Shown: piece by piece, positions 18,361 through 28,784 of the stretch
Numbering within the stretch: position 1 is the first letter of the stretch
Layout: every line of letters starts with the position of its first letter
Origin: a virus
Taxonomy: Duplodnaviria > Caudoviricetes
IMG/VR virus record: IMGVR_UViG_3300028864_000017
Reading direction: 5' to 3' (one strand)
Length of the DNA: 64,000 nt
The notes under the pieces: generated by a model
Databases searched by the model: none
What the model saw: only the letters and a program-made list of their open reading frames with translations
Told to the model about the DNA's origin: nothing
Program-made: the position numbers and the translations under genes

Positions 18361-20484
18361 ATGTCAGGAATAATAAGATTACCAAGTCAAACATCAATAT
18401 CATCATCACCAGTAATAACACCGATAATACCATGGACCCCACAACCAGATTGGATAGATATTTCAGATACTAGTATAAATGAGATTAAATTGCTTGTAGC
18501 TGATGATTGTATCGCATATTGTTTTAACGTTATAACATCAACTGGGTCAGTATATACTATTGATTGGGGTGATGGAATCGTAACAACTAATAATATTAGC
18601 GGAACAAATTATCAGCATAAGTATGTAATTGGTACTGGGCAACCTTGTTCTCTCGGGTATACAACATTTGTGATTAGTATTCGTAGTGTAATTGGGAATC
18701 TTAGTACGTTTGCCATAAAAGCTCATACACTTACTAAATCTACTCAAATACAAAAAATTTTATATGCGAATATTATGAATGCTATTTATTTAACAACTTA
18801 TAATAGTATGTTTTATAGTAACTATTCTTTATTCTCTCTTCCTTTTTTGGAAAGTGTAATCTTTCCGTTAAATTCTACAGGTCTATCAATAAATTCAAGT
18901 TCTATGCTTAATAATAGTGGAGTGATATCAATAGTATTACCATTAGATTTTAATTTAATTACAGATTCAAGTTACATGTTTAATAATTGTACTAAGTTGA
19001 AATCAATAGTTATGCCAGTATCATGGGGTGCAAATAAAAACACCAGTTATATGTTTCAAAATTGCGCAAAATTACAATCAATTACATTACCATCTAGTTT
19101 TAATTTAGTTACAACCTGCACATATATGTTTTCACGCTGTGATATTTTAATTGACGTAAATTTTTCTTATTGGGGTAATGTTACGAATACAAGTTATATG
19201 TTTTACGTTTGCCCTTATATATCTTCAATTATATTACCATTATCTTGGGGTAAAGTAATAACAACTAGTAATATGTTTGCCTTATGCCCAAAATTAAAAA
19301 GCATAAGATTTCCGTCATCTTGGGGAAGTGTAAATACTATTACTTATATGTTCTTTGCGTGTAATTCTTTAGTGTCAGTATACCTACCTGAATGGGGAAG
19401 TGTGACAAATGCTAGTTATTTATTTTATAACTGTGCTTCTTTACAGAATGTAAGCTTTCCAACATCTTGGGGAAACCTTAATACTATAGCATATATGTTT
19501 TATGGATGTACATCTTTAGTGTCAATAAAATTTCCAACATCATTTACAAACGTAACTATCGCTACTTTAATGTTTTATGGATGTACCTCTTTAGTGTCAA
19601 TAATTTTTCCACCATCTTTTGGAAGCCTAACAACAGTTCAAAATATGTTTCAAAGTTGTACATCTTTATCTTCAATTGCTTTCCCAGATTGGGGAAATGT
19701 TACAAACGCAAATGGTATCACTTATGGGTGTTCTTCTTTAGTTTCTGTAACATTTCCACCAACATGGGGTAACGTTACGGATGCGAGTCAAATGTTTTAC
19801 GTGTGTAATAGTTTATCATCAATAATATTGCCATCGTCTTGGGGAAAAGTTACAAATCTTAGTACTATGTTTTGGTATTGTAGTTCTTTAACAAAAATAG
19901 AATTACCAACATCTTGGGATCTAGTTACTAGTATTTCAGTTATGTTTTCACATTCTTCTATTTCTTCATTAGTACTACCGTCTTCATGGGGTGTCGTGAG
20001 TAATATTGGGGGTTTTGCGTCTAACATGCTAAGATTACAATCAATTGTTTTGCCATTAGCATTCGGAAATATAATTGACGCTAGTAATATGTTTTCTGGC
20101 TGTCCTAATTTACCGAATAACCCTGGCTTTGAATATATAGGTAGCTTAACTTCTCAATGTAATTTCAATGGGGCATTTCTTTCTACTGAATATGTTAATG
20201 GTGAAATGATTTTAGATTCTAAAATTTCTTCGATTACGATTGCTGGGACTTCAGGAATTCCAAATCAAGTTACAAGCATAAGGCTAACTAATACTGGTAG
20301 TACATTCACTGGTTCTTCTCCTCAAGTTGATGTTTCTTATTGTAATTTAGATGCGATAGCCTTAAATACATTATTTGGAGACTTACCAACATTATCTGGT
20401 AAAGCAATAAAAATTACAGGTTGTTTAGGATTTTCTACTTGTGATAAAACTATTGCAACAAATAAAGGTTGGACCGTATCCTAA
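18361..20484 (+). CDS. BspA/DUF285-like leucine-rich-repeat protein, probably fibre-associated
   Basis: Many ~25-aa repeats W G x V T N x S x M F x x C x S L x S I x x P x S; N-terminal YTIDWGDG PKD-like motif. Confidence 0.75.
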   Translation: MSGIIRLPSQTSISSSPVITPIIPWTPQPDWIDISDTSINEIKLLVADDCIAYCFNVITSTGSVYTIDWGDGIVTTNNISGTNYQHKYVIGTGQPCSLGYTTFVISIRSVIGNLSTFAIKAHTLTKSTQIQKILYANIMNAIYLTTYNSMFYSNYSLFSLPFLESVIFPLNSTGLSINSSSMLNNSGVISIVLPLDFNLITDSSYMFNNCTKLKSIVMPVSWGANKNTSYMFQNCAKLQSITLPSSFNLVTTCTYMFSRCDILIDVNFSYWGNVTNTSYMFYVCPYISSIILPLSWGKVITTSNMFALCPKLKSIRFPSSWGSVNTITYMFFACNSLVSVYLPEWGSVTNASYLFYNCASLQNVSFPTSWGNLNTIAYMFYGCTSLVSIKFPTSFTNVTIATLMFYGCTSLVSIIFPPSFGSLTTVQNMFQSCTSLSSIAFPDWGNVTNANGITYGCSSLVSVTFPPTWGNVTDASQMFYVCNSLSSIILPSSWGKVTNLSTMFWYCSSLTKIELPTSWDLVTSISVMFSHSSISSLVLPSSWGVVSNIGGFASNMLRLQSIVLPLAFGNIIDASNMFSGCPNLPNNPGFEYIGSLTSQCNFNGAFLSTEYVNGEMILDSKISSITIAGTSGIPNQVTSIRLTNTGSTFTGSSPQVDVSYCNLDAIALNTLFGDLPTLSGKAIKITGCLGFSTCDKTIATNKGWTVS

Positions 20485-20508
20485 TACTTATAAATATTAT
20501 AAATTTAT

Positions 20509-20540
20509 TTTGTATATGTCAATTATTATATGTATTTTTG
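20509..20540 (+). promoter_or_regulatory. Bacteroidota sigma70-type promoter (-33 TTTG / -7 TATTTTTG)
   Basis: TTTG 20509-20512, 20-nt spacer, TATTTTTG 20533-20540, upstream of nadE. Confidence 0.65.
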
Positions 20541-20567
20541 TAGTCAAATTAAAAACATTTACAAATT

Positions 20568-22340
20568 ATGATTGAAAATGCAAATATTTCAGTACATCAA
20601 ATCAATACTGTAACAGGAGATTTAATTGGTAATACTAGAAAAATACTACAATGTTTAAAATTAGATCATAGCTATGACTCTTATGTAGACATATCAGTGT
20701 TTCCAGAAACTTCAATTAGTGGATATTGTTGTGGTTCTCTTTGGGATCGAGAAGATTTCATTCGTGATCAAATAACAAAATTGAAAGATATAGAAAGATA
20801 TAGAAAAGAATTGAATATGTCAGGAATTATCGTGATAGGATTTGTTTCATCTCACGGTAATAACAGAAATGGATTTCCAGTATTAAAAAATTCAGTAGCT
20901 GTTATTGATAATAATGGTATTCGTACATATGATAAACAATTATTAGCTGATACAGATCATCACGAAGATAGAAAATATTTCACAGAAGGAACTGAAACTA
21001 AAGTTTTTGAAGTTTATTTACCAAATGTAGGTAAAACTATAATTGGAACTCCAATATGTGAAGATGCATGGTTTATGAATCATCACAGAGATATTCCTCA
21101 AGAAATGGTTAACATGGGAGCAGAAATTTTGATTATTCCAAATCAATCATATTTTTATTATGGAAAGCAAAAAATTAGAAAAAATCTTTTTTCTAAAATA
21201 GCTAAAAATAATATGGTTCCTGTTGTTTCTGTAAATTCAGTTGGTTGTGGTGACATCGTTAAAAATATTATAATTTATGATGGTGGATCTCTTGTTTATA
21301 ATAGTTATGGAAGATTAATTAAAGAACTACCTAAATTTGAAGATGCAAATTCAAATTTCAAAATATCAGATTGTGATCCAATTATAGGAAGTGATGATAG
21401 TAAATATAAAGAAATAACTGATGCTATTCTATTTGAGCAAAAAGAATTCTTCAAATTGTCAGGAATTAAAAATGCTCAAGTTCATGTATCAGGAGGACTT
21501 GATTCATCTATTGTAGCAGCATTAGTTTATAAAGCTATGGGTAAAGAACATACCATATTTATTTCAAATCCATCATCATTGAATACTAAATCAAGAGATT
21601 ATGTGACTCAATTAGATGAAAAATTAGGAACTACTACCTATTGGCAACCAATTCAATCTACTGTCAATGAAATATTAGAAGTTGATAAAATTCATATGAG
21701 TGATGCTCCTGAATTAAGTGATACAGGTAAAGCATCAATACATGCAGTGTTAAGAACTGTACTAGGATTAGAAGATACTCACAGATTTAAAAGTGGCATT
21801 GTTTCAACAGGTAATCATACTGAGATCGTTTTGGGTTGGGCATCCTTCCATGATATTGGTTCAATTGGTGTTCATGCTATAATTGGAGATTTAACAAAAG
21901 TTGAATTGTATGAATTATCAGATTATATTAACACTGAATTATATAAAGATGAAATTGTGCCTTTTGATTTATATAATGGAAAATTTAAACCTGCCGCAGA
22001 ATTACCTGATGCAAATGAAGATCCAATTGATTATTGGGTACAAAGTGGAATATGTGCATCTTTAATTCGTGATAGAATGACAAGAGATGATTTAATTTTG
22101 AATTATAAAAATCATTCATTGAATATTGACTATTTTCCTAAAATGGAGGAAGTTTATAAATATGATATTAAACAATGGGATGAGCAAGTTAATTTTGCAG
22201 TTAGTAAAATGAAAATATCAGTATATAAAGCTGCTCAAAGTTCTCCAATTGTTATCATGAGTCCAAGGAGCAGAGGATTTAGTAATCGTGAAACATTAAT
22301 TAATAAATATACACCAATTAATACAGTATCTTTAGATTAA
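20568..22340 (+). CDS. nadE: Glutamine-dependent NAD+ synthetase (nitrilase domain + NadE domain)
   Basis: Nitrilase triad motifs FPET / YDKQLL / ICED; PP-loop SGGLDS; TGNHTE; GDLTK; KPAAEL. Confidence 0.85.
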   Translation: MIENANISVHQINTVTGDLIGNTRKILQCLKLDHSYDSYVDISVFPETSISGYCCGSLWDREDFIRDQITKLKDIERYRKELNMSGIIVIGFVSSHGNNRNGFPVLKNSVAVIDNNGIRTYDKQLLADTDHHEDRKYFTEGTETKVFEVYLPNVGKTIIGTPICEDAWFMNHHRDIPQEMVNMGAEILIIPNQSYFYYGKQKIRKNLFSKIAKNNMVPVVSVNSVGCGDIVKNIIIYDGGSLVYNSYGRLIKELPKFEDANSNFKISDCDPIIGSDDSKYKEITDAILFEQKEFFKLSGIKNAQVHVSGGLDSSIVAALVYKAMGKEHTIFISNPSSLNTKSRDYVTQLDEKLGTTTYWQPIQSTVNEILEVDKIHMSDAPELSDTGKASIHAVLRTVLGLEDTHRFKSGIVSTGNHTEIVLGWASFHDIGSIGVHAIIGDLTKVELYELSDYINTELYKDEIVPFDLYNGKFKPAAELPDANEDPIDYWVQSGICASLIRDRMTRDDLILNYKNHSLNIDYFPKMEEVYKYDIKQWDEQVNFAVSKMKISVYKAAQSSPIVIMSPRSRGFSNRETLINKYTPINTVSLD

Positions 22341-22355
22341 TTTATTATTTTTAAT

Positions 22356-22390
22356 AAAAAGCATCATTGATTTTCAATGATGCTTTTTTT
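22356..22390 (+). terminator. Intrinsic terminator
   Basis: aaaaagcatcattg-atttt-caatgatgcttttt followed by T-tract. Confidence 0.8.
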
Positions 22391-22450
22391 TGTTAAAATT
22401 ATAAACTTATCATAAAAGTTAGAATAAAAAATAAAAATAAATAATTTATA

Positions 22451-24916
22451 ATGAAAATATTGATAATTTTGCCACATGCCAGTACTGGCGGACTTCCTTC
22501 TGTGTCATTAAAAAGAGTAGAATCTTTAATAAATACAAATGATGTCTATGTAATTGAATATAGACAAATCTCTTGGAGTTTTGTAGTACAAAGGAATAGA
22601 CTGATTGAATTATTAGGAGATAAATTCATTTCACTTGGAGGAATGGAAGATGAAACAAAACGTGATTTTTTTCAAGAAATAATTAATACTATTAATCCTG
22701 ATATTGTTCATATGGAAGAAATACCAGAATTATTTATTTTTGGAATGAGAAATGATCATGTGAGTTGGTTATATAGAGATGATAGACCATATAAAATAAT
22801 AGAAACAACTCACACTTCAACTTTTGATATTAATAAAAAAATATACTTTCCAGATAAGTTTTTATTTGTATCTAAATATTCACAACTACAATATAGTAAA
22901 TTTGACATACCATCTTCTGTTGTTGAATATCCAGTAGAAAAATTAGCATGTAATAACGGATTAGCAATTGATGTATTGAAATTTGATCCTGAGTATTTTC
23001 ATGTTTTGAATGTTGGATTATTTACATCAGGAAAAAATCAAGGATATGTTTTTGATATAGCAGAAAAATTGATAGATTATAAAATACAATTTCATTTTGT
23101 AGGCAATCAAGCAGAGAATTTTTCTGATTATTGGAGTCCATTATTAAATAAAAAACCAGCCAATTGTATAATTCATGGAGAAAGAAGTGATGTTGATTTA
23201 TTTTATCAAGCATCTGATTTACTAATTCATTCATCTTTACTAGAACTTAATCCATTAGCTATCAAAGAAGCAACATCGTATGATTTGCCTGTTTATTTAA
23301 ACAATCTTAATACATATTTAGATACATATGATTTATATAAAAACATTAAATATTTGACAATGAATGTTGATAAAGATTCTAAAAGAATATTAGATAATTT
23401 CAATATAAAAAGATTAGATGATAATATAACATTTCAAGATATATTATTAAAAGAGTATAATAATACTCTTTATATAAATAAAACAACTCAAAGAATAGTA
23501 GAACCACAATATGATTATAATATTGATTTCATTAAAGGAGCAAAGGTAGAAATTGTTGGTGATTCTCCATCTGAATTTTATGTTGAAATATTAGATAAAA
23601 ATACAAATGAAATTATATACAAAAAAATGTTAAACAACAATAATTGGTGTCGTACTAATTATGAATGTTATAAAGAATACAAAATTAACATATTTAAAAA
23701 TAATAAATTAGTAATTACTCATGATTTTGATTTAACTAATAAAAATGTATTGATAACATTAGAAAGCAAATCAATAGGAGATACATTGGCATGGTTTCCA
23801 TATATTGAAGAATTTAGAAAAAAGCATAATTGTAAAGTTCAGTGCTCAACATTTTGGAATAGTTGGTTCATAAATCAATATTCAGAAATAACTTTTGTTG
23901 AACCAGGACAAGAAAACACTGAAAATTTGTATGCAAAATATAAAATAGGTTGGTATTCTCCATATGACAACAATAGAAATCCTATTGATTATAAAACTAT
24001 TCCTTTGCAAAAAACAGCAAGTGATATACTTGGATTAGAATACGAAGAAATTATACCAAAAATTGAAATTCCTGAAGGAATTAGACCAATCAAAGAGAAA
24101 TATGTTTGCATTGGTCAATTCTCAACAGCTAACTCTAAGCACTGGCATTATCCTTGCAAAGATAGCAATAAAGGCTGGCAAATTTTAGTTGATTGGTTTA
24201 ATACACAAGGATATAAAGTTATGGTAATAAGTAAACAACCAACCAATCTTAAAAATATAATAGATAGAACTGGAAATTTTCCTATTGAACACAGAATCAA
24301 TGAATTAAAATGGTCTGAATTTTATATTGGTATTGGATCAGGATTAAGTTGGTTGGCATGGGCTGTTGGTAAGCAAGTAGTAATGATGTCAGGGTTTTCT
24401 AAACCTTTTTGCGAATTTAAAACTAATAACATAAACATACATAATTTTAAAGTGTGTAATGGATGTTTTAATACACACAAATTTGATCCAGGAGATTGGA
24501 ATTGGTGTCCGATAAATAAAAATACTGATAAGCAATTTGAATGCTCTACTAGCATAACACCAGAAATGATAACTGATAGAATAATAGAGTCAAAATTAAT
24601 TGAAAATCCAAAGAAATTTGATTTTAAAAAATATGATGTTAAATATAACTTAGATAAAAACAATATAAATATAACGTATGATAAAAATGAAAATAAATTG
24701 ATGTTATATTATAATGGAGAAGATATGCAAGCATTAAATATTGATATTAAAGATTTAAAATCAAACAAAATATATTATACTTTATCTGAAACATCATTAA
24801 ATAAAAATAGTGTGATTTGGTGCATACCAAAAATAAATTTAGCTGAAGATACAAATAAGTTGAATATAGTATTTTATGAAAAAAATAAAATATTAGAAAT
24901 ACAATATGGAATTTAA
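22451..24916 (+). CDS. Fused glycosyltransferase: GT4 (GT-B) + Aah/TibC-like autotransporter O-heptosyltransferase domain
   Basis: GT4 motifs NVGLF..GKNQ, HGER.DV, SLLELNPLAIKEA; second domain SKSIGDTLAWFPY...IGIGSGLSWLAWAVGK.VVMMSGFS...VCNGCFN...WCP...FECS. Confidence 0.75.
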   Translation: MKILIILPHASTGGLPSVSLKRVESLINTNDVYVIEYRQISWSFVVQRNRLIELLGDKFISLGGMEDETKRDFFQEIINTINPDIVHMEEIPELFIFGMRNDHVSWLYRDDRPYKIIETTHTSTFDINKKIYFPDKFLFVSKYSQLQYSKFDIPSSVVEYPVEKLACNNGLAIDVLKFDPEYFHVLNVGLFTSGKNQGYVFDIAEKLIDYKIQFHFVGNQAENFSDYWSPLLNKKPANCIIHGERSDVDLFYQASDLLIHSSLLELNPLAIKEATSYDLPVYLNNLNTYLDTYDLYKNIKYLTMNVDKDSKRILDNFNIKRLDDNITFQDILLKEYNNTLYINKTTQRIVEPQYDYNIDFIKGAKVEIVGDSPSEFYVEILDKNTNEIIYKKMLNNNNWCRTNYECYKEYKINIFKNNKLVITHDFDLTNKNVLITLESKSIGDTLAWFPYIEEFRKKHNCKVQCSTFWNSWFINQYSEITFVEPGQENTENLYAKYKIGWYSPYDNNRNPIDYKTIPLQKTASDILGLEYEEIIPKIEIPEGIRPIKEKYVCIGQFSTANSKHWHYPCKDSNKGWQILVDWFNTQGYKVMVISKQPTNLKNIIDRTGNFPIEHRINELKWSEFYIGIGSGLSWLAWAVGKQVVMMSGFSKPFCEFKTNNINIHNFKVCNGCFNTHKFDPGDWNWCPINKNTDKQFECSTSITPEMITDRIIESKLIENPKKFDFKKYDVKYNLDKNNINITYDKNENKLMLYYNGEDMQALNIDIKDLKSNKIYYTLSETSLNKNSVIWCIPKINLAEDTNKLNIVFYEKNKILEIQYGI

Positions 24917-24920
24917 AAAT

Positions 24921-24930
24921 TTATATATAA
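24921..24930 (+). promoter_or_regulatory. Putative late promoter TTATATATAA
   Basis: 21 nt upstream of the 24952 start. Confidence 0.4.
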
Positions 24931-24951
24931 CGAAAAGAAAAATCGTTATAT

Positions 24952-26991
24952 ATGAGTTATATTAAAATTAAAAAAATACTTAAAGATGATGTTGAAACTC
25001 CAGAGAAAGGTTATATTTATTTTGGATATGAAGATACAACAGTAAGTAGTGGAAGTACTAAAGGATTTTGGATAAAAGATGATGATGGTAGTGAAGCATC
25101 ATATATATTGGAAGGATATTCAAATGCCCCAATTATTTCAGATTTTGATCCTACAAGTGCATATAATGGTGATTTGATAACAATATATGGAATAAATTTT
25201 GTTAAAAATACAGTTGCATCTTTTAGCGGAATAACAGGAGTAACAACATTAGTTTCTCCTAATCAATTAAATGTTGTAATACCTGATCTTACTAATTATG
25301 ACAATGAAGTTGAAGTGGTATTAAAATCTCCATTAGCGACAGGTCCATCAGCAAAATATAAAGTATTTAAACAAAATAATAAACCTATAATAACAATAAG
25401 TCCTACTAGCGCAGATATAAATTCTACTATAACAATAGAAGGATTATATTTCATACCTGGAAAAACAGAGTTATTTTTTGTACCAGTAACTCATGCAATT
25501 ACTACTGTTATTAGTTCAACAAAATTAACTGCTATAGTACCATTATTAACACTTGGTCTTACTCAATTATATCTTCAAACAGATCTTGGATTGATAAATC
25601 CTGGACAAAGTTTATTTGCAAACATAATAATTAACAATGGAACAATTCCTTTATTTGAAAGTTTTTATCCATCATCTGCAAGTCAAGGTGGATATGTAGA
25701 TATATTTGGAGCAAATTTTGATGTCTCAACTACATTAGTTCATATTGGTCCTACTCAATCATCAAAAATAACTTTTATAGATTCTGGACATATAAGAGCA
25801 GATATTTCAAATGATACTCCTATTGGAGATACAATAATTAGAGTTGATGAAATATCAAAATCTGGATTTACAGTTTATGGATCTACTAGTACTCTAATTC
25901 CAACTATAACAAATATAAATCCATCAGTTTATCCAGGTAATACAGTAATTCTAACAGGAACTAATTTAAATGTTCCTTTGACTATTACATTTAGTGGAGT
26001 TATATGTAAATCAACACCTATAAATTTCAATTCTTGTTCGATTTATATAGGAACTGATGTTACGCCAGGTATAAATAGCGTTATAGTAATTAACAAATAC
26101 GGATCATCATTACCATATTCATATAATTTACTAACAATTGGAAATTTATCATTAAGTAGTTTTAGTTCTACACATATGAAAAGAGGACAGCATTCAATAG
26201 GTGTATATGGCACTGGATTTATAAACAGTCCATCAATGAGTGTTTATGTAGGAAATGTATTATCAAGGTTTTCATATAATAGTCCAACAGCATTAACAGT
26301 CCAGATATTAAATTCTACATCAACTAATGACACAATACCAACTGGTAATGTTGATATTAGAGTAGAAAGTATAAACGGTAATTATACATTAAATGGTTTC
26401 ACTGTTGATACAACAAATCAACCTATAATATCAAAAATAAGTCCTATATTTGGAAAATATGGTGATTCTATTGATATATATGGTAGTCTATTATCAGGAG
26501 GACTTATTAGTTTTGGAACATCTTATCCAGGTACTTATGGTGTAACATCTACAATAGATAATAGTCATTTAAAAGTAATTGTACCATCTGGACTAACAAC
26601 TTCAGGTATGAATGAAATAATGAATGTTTATGCAACAACATCTAATGGTTCTATAACATATTCACCGTTTGAATCTTATATACAAGCGACATCAGCTCCA
26701 TCTATTTTAAGTTTTACTCCAATGGATGTCACAGGATCTACTTCATCAAAAGGAACATTAATTACCATATCAGGACAAAATTTTTCTAAATATTATACTG
26801 ACGCTTACATTAGTATAGCGCCATCTGGTAATCTTAAATATATATATTTAGATTCACAAGAATATATATCTGACACAGAAATAAGAGGTATTATTCCTAA
26901 AACGTTAGGATATATTGGCTCATCAATTATTAAAGTTGTAACATCTGCAGGTGTTGATCAAGAAGCGAATTTATATATATCAAAACTATAA
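24952..26991 (+). CDS. IPT/TIG repeat protein (Ig-like, putative virion surface or fibre protein)
   Basis: Repeated P.I..F.P.SA..G..ITI.G.NF...V.F...V.VP units (about 7). Confidence 0.75.
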   Translation: MSYIKIKKILKDDVETPEKGYIYFGYEDTTVSSGSTKGFWIKDDDGSEASYILEGYSNAPIISDFDPTSAYNGDLITIYGINFVKNTVASFSGITGVTTLVSPNQLNVVIPDLTNYDNEVEVVLKSPLATGPSAKYKVFKQNNKPIITISPTSADINSTITIEGLYFIPGKTELFFVPVTHAITTVISSTKLTAIVPLLTLGLTQLYLQTDLGLINPGQSLFANIIINNGTIPLFESFYPSSASQGGYVDIFGANFDVSTTLVHIGPTQSSKITFIDSGHIRADISNDTPIGDTIIRVDEISKSGFTVYGSTSTLIPTITNINPSVYPGNTVILTGTNLNVPLTITFSGVICKSTPINFNSCSIYIGTDVTPGINSVIVINKYGSSLPYSYNLLTIGNLSLSSFSSTHMKRGQHSIGVYGTGFINSPSMSVYVGNVLSRFSYNSPTALTVQILNSTSTNDTIPTGNVDIRVESINGNYTLNGFTVDTTNQPIISKISPIFGKYGDSIDIYGSLLSGGLISFGTSYPGTYGVTSTIDNSHLKVIVPSGLTTSGMNEIMNVYATTSNGSITYSPFESYIQATSAPSILSFTPMDVTGSTSSKGTLITISGQNFSKYYTDAYISIAPSGNLKYIYLDSQEYISDTEIRGIIPKTLGYIGSSIIKVVTSAGVDQEANLYISKL

Positions 26992-27009
26992 TAAAAATAT
27001 AAAATAATT

Positions 27010-27051
27010 AAAAAAAATAACTTGTAATATTTATTACAAGTTATTTTTTTT
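27010..27051 (+). terminator. Intrinsic terminator
   Basis: aaaaaaataacttgtaata-tt-tattacaagttattttttt. Confidence 0.8.
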
Positions 27052-27101
27052 AAACATATTAATATTTTTTACATACAATAAATAAATAAATAGAAATAAT
27101 A

Positions 27102-28013
27102 ATGAAAATATTAGTAGCAACTTTTGATCATAATTATTATTTGTGGCAAGTACTTGTACAGATAAATAATTTTATGAAATATGGATATGATAATGATACA
27201 ATTTATGTAGTATCAACTTCAAATCCTAGTCCAATTTTAAAATCATTAATGAATAATGAAAAAATAAAATCTAAATTCTTCATTTATAACGATGAAAGAG
27301 TAAATCCAAAATATCCATCATCATTAAGACCTCACATATTAGAAAAATTATTCATTGAACATCCTGAATATAATAATGAAACATTTTTTTATTGTGATCC
27401 AGATATGATTTTCACAAAAAAATTAGATTTCACGGATATGGTGAATGATAATAAATGGCATTTGAGTGATACTAGGTCTTATATTGATACCATGTATATA
27501 AAAAGTAAGAGTGAACAATTGTTTAATGAAATGTGTGAAATATCTAAAGTAAAACCAGAAGATATTGTAGCAATTGATAATAATGCAGGAGGAGCACAAT
27601 ATTTAATGAAAGGAATAAATTCTGATTATTGGAAAAAGGTGTATGATGATAGTGAAAATTTATATTCTCATATGAAAAACACAGAAAGTATATATAATCC
27701 TGAACATCCTATTCAATCATGGACATCTGATATGTGGGCAGTTTTATGGAATGCCGTTTATTATAATCATGAAGTCGAGATTAATAAAGATTTAGAATTT
27801 AGTTGGGCTACTGATAATATAAAAAGATGGGACGAAACTTATATTTTTCACAATGCTGGAATAGTAGGCAAAAGTGATACACATTTTAGCAAAATTGAAT
27901 ATCAAGTTTCTCCATTCAATAAAGAAATAAAAGTTGATAATGATAATTGTACATATAATTATGTGAAAGAAATAAAAGAAACAGAAGAAAATTTTAAAGA
28001 TATAATCTGGTAA
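27102..28013 (+). CDS. Putative GT-A glycosyltransferase
   Basis: DxD motif (FYCDPD), GGAQY, WTSDMWA, FSWAT, FHNAG; lies in the GT cluster. Confidence 0.55.
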   Translation: MKILVATFDHNYYLWQVLVQINNFMKYGYDNDTIYVVSTSNPSPILKSLMNNEKIKSKFFIYNDERVNPKYPSSLRPHILEKLFIEHPEYNNETFFYCDPDMIFTKKLDFTDMVNDNKWHLSDTRSYIDTMYIKSKSEQLFNEMCEISKVKPEDIVAIDNNAGGAQYLMKGINSDYWKKVYDDSENLYSHMKNTESIYNPEHPIQSWTSDMWAVLWNAVYYNHEVEINKDLEFSWATDNIKRWDETYIFHNAGIVGKSDTHFSKIEYQVSPFNKEIKVDNDNCTYNYVKEIKETEENFKDIIW

Positions 28014-28028
28014 AAAATAAAAAATTAA

Positions 28029-28784
28029 ATGAATATAGGAATAGTTGTATTAGCTACAAATGCTTATTTTGTGTTAGGAATAAGATTTATTAAAAGATTT
28101 ATGAATTTTTACAAAGGTGATAAAAACATCACCTTCTATTTTTTCTCGGATAATAATCCAAAAAATTATATACCTGATAATATTGATGTTGAATATTTTC
28201 ATGTGACTAATAATAATTGGGTAGATGGAACAAACTTAAAATTTACATCTATATTATCAATTAAAGATAAATTAAAAAGTGATTATCTATTTTATTTTGA
28301 TGCTGATACTAATGTAAATAAAGATTTTATTGAAGATTGGTTTATTGGAGATTTAGTTGGTGGTCAGCATTATGGAGATCAAGATTGGATGAAAAATGAA
28401 AAATCATTTGATAGAAATCCATCATCAAAAGCATATGTACCATTTGATACTAAATTATCACAAATGTATTTTTATGGTGCATTTTTTGGAGGTAATTCTA
28501 ACAATATGATAAATTTTTGTGAAACTATGAGATATTATCAATTAGAAGATAAAAAAATACCTTATGAGCCTGGTGTGAATGATGAAAGTTATATCAATAG
28601 ATATTTTCATTTTAATCCACCTACAAAAGTAGTATTATGTCCAGATTTTTCATTTGTAATTAGTGATAAAGGTGGTATTGGTGAAACTAGAGATATAAAT
28701 TTGAATATCGAAGAACTCAAAAAAGAATTATTAATAAATAAAAATAACTCTATTGATATACAGAGTAATAAATTAATTTTATGA
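28029..28784 (+). CDS. GT6-family (ABO/alpha-1,3-Gal(NAc)-transferase-like) glycosyltransferase
   Basis: IGIVVLATNAY, FYFFSD, YLFYFDAD, FYGAFFGG, NDESYINRYF correspond to GT6 conserved blocks. Confidence 0.7.
   Translation: MNIGIVVLATNAYFVLGIRFIKRFMNFYKGDKNITFYFFSDNNPKNYIPDNIDVEYFHVTNNNWVDGTNLKFTSILSIKDKLKSDYLFYFDADTNVNKDFIEDWFIGDLVGGQHYGDQDWMKNEKSFDRNPSSKAYVPFDTKLSQMYFYGAFFGGNSNNMINFCETMRYYQLEDKKIPYEPGVNDESYINRYFHFNPPTKVVLCPDFSFVISDKGGIGETRDINLNIEELKKELLINKNNSIDIQSNKLIL

Noticed and set aside
18361-20484. LRR gene as a diversity-generating-retroelement target
   Set aside because: No reverse transcriptase or template-repeat copy differing at adenines visible in the window
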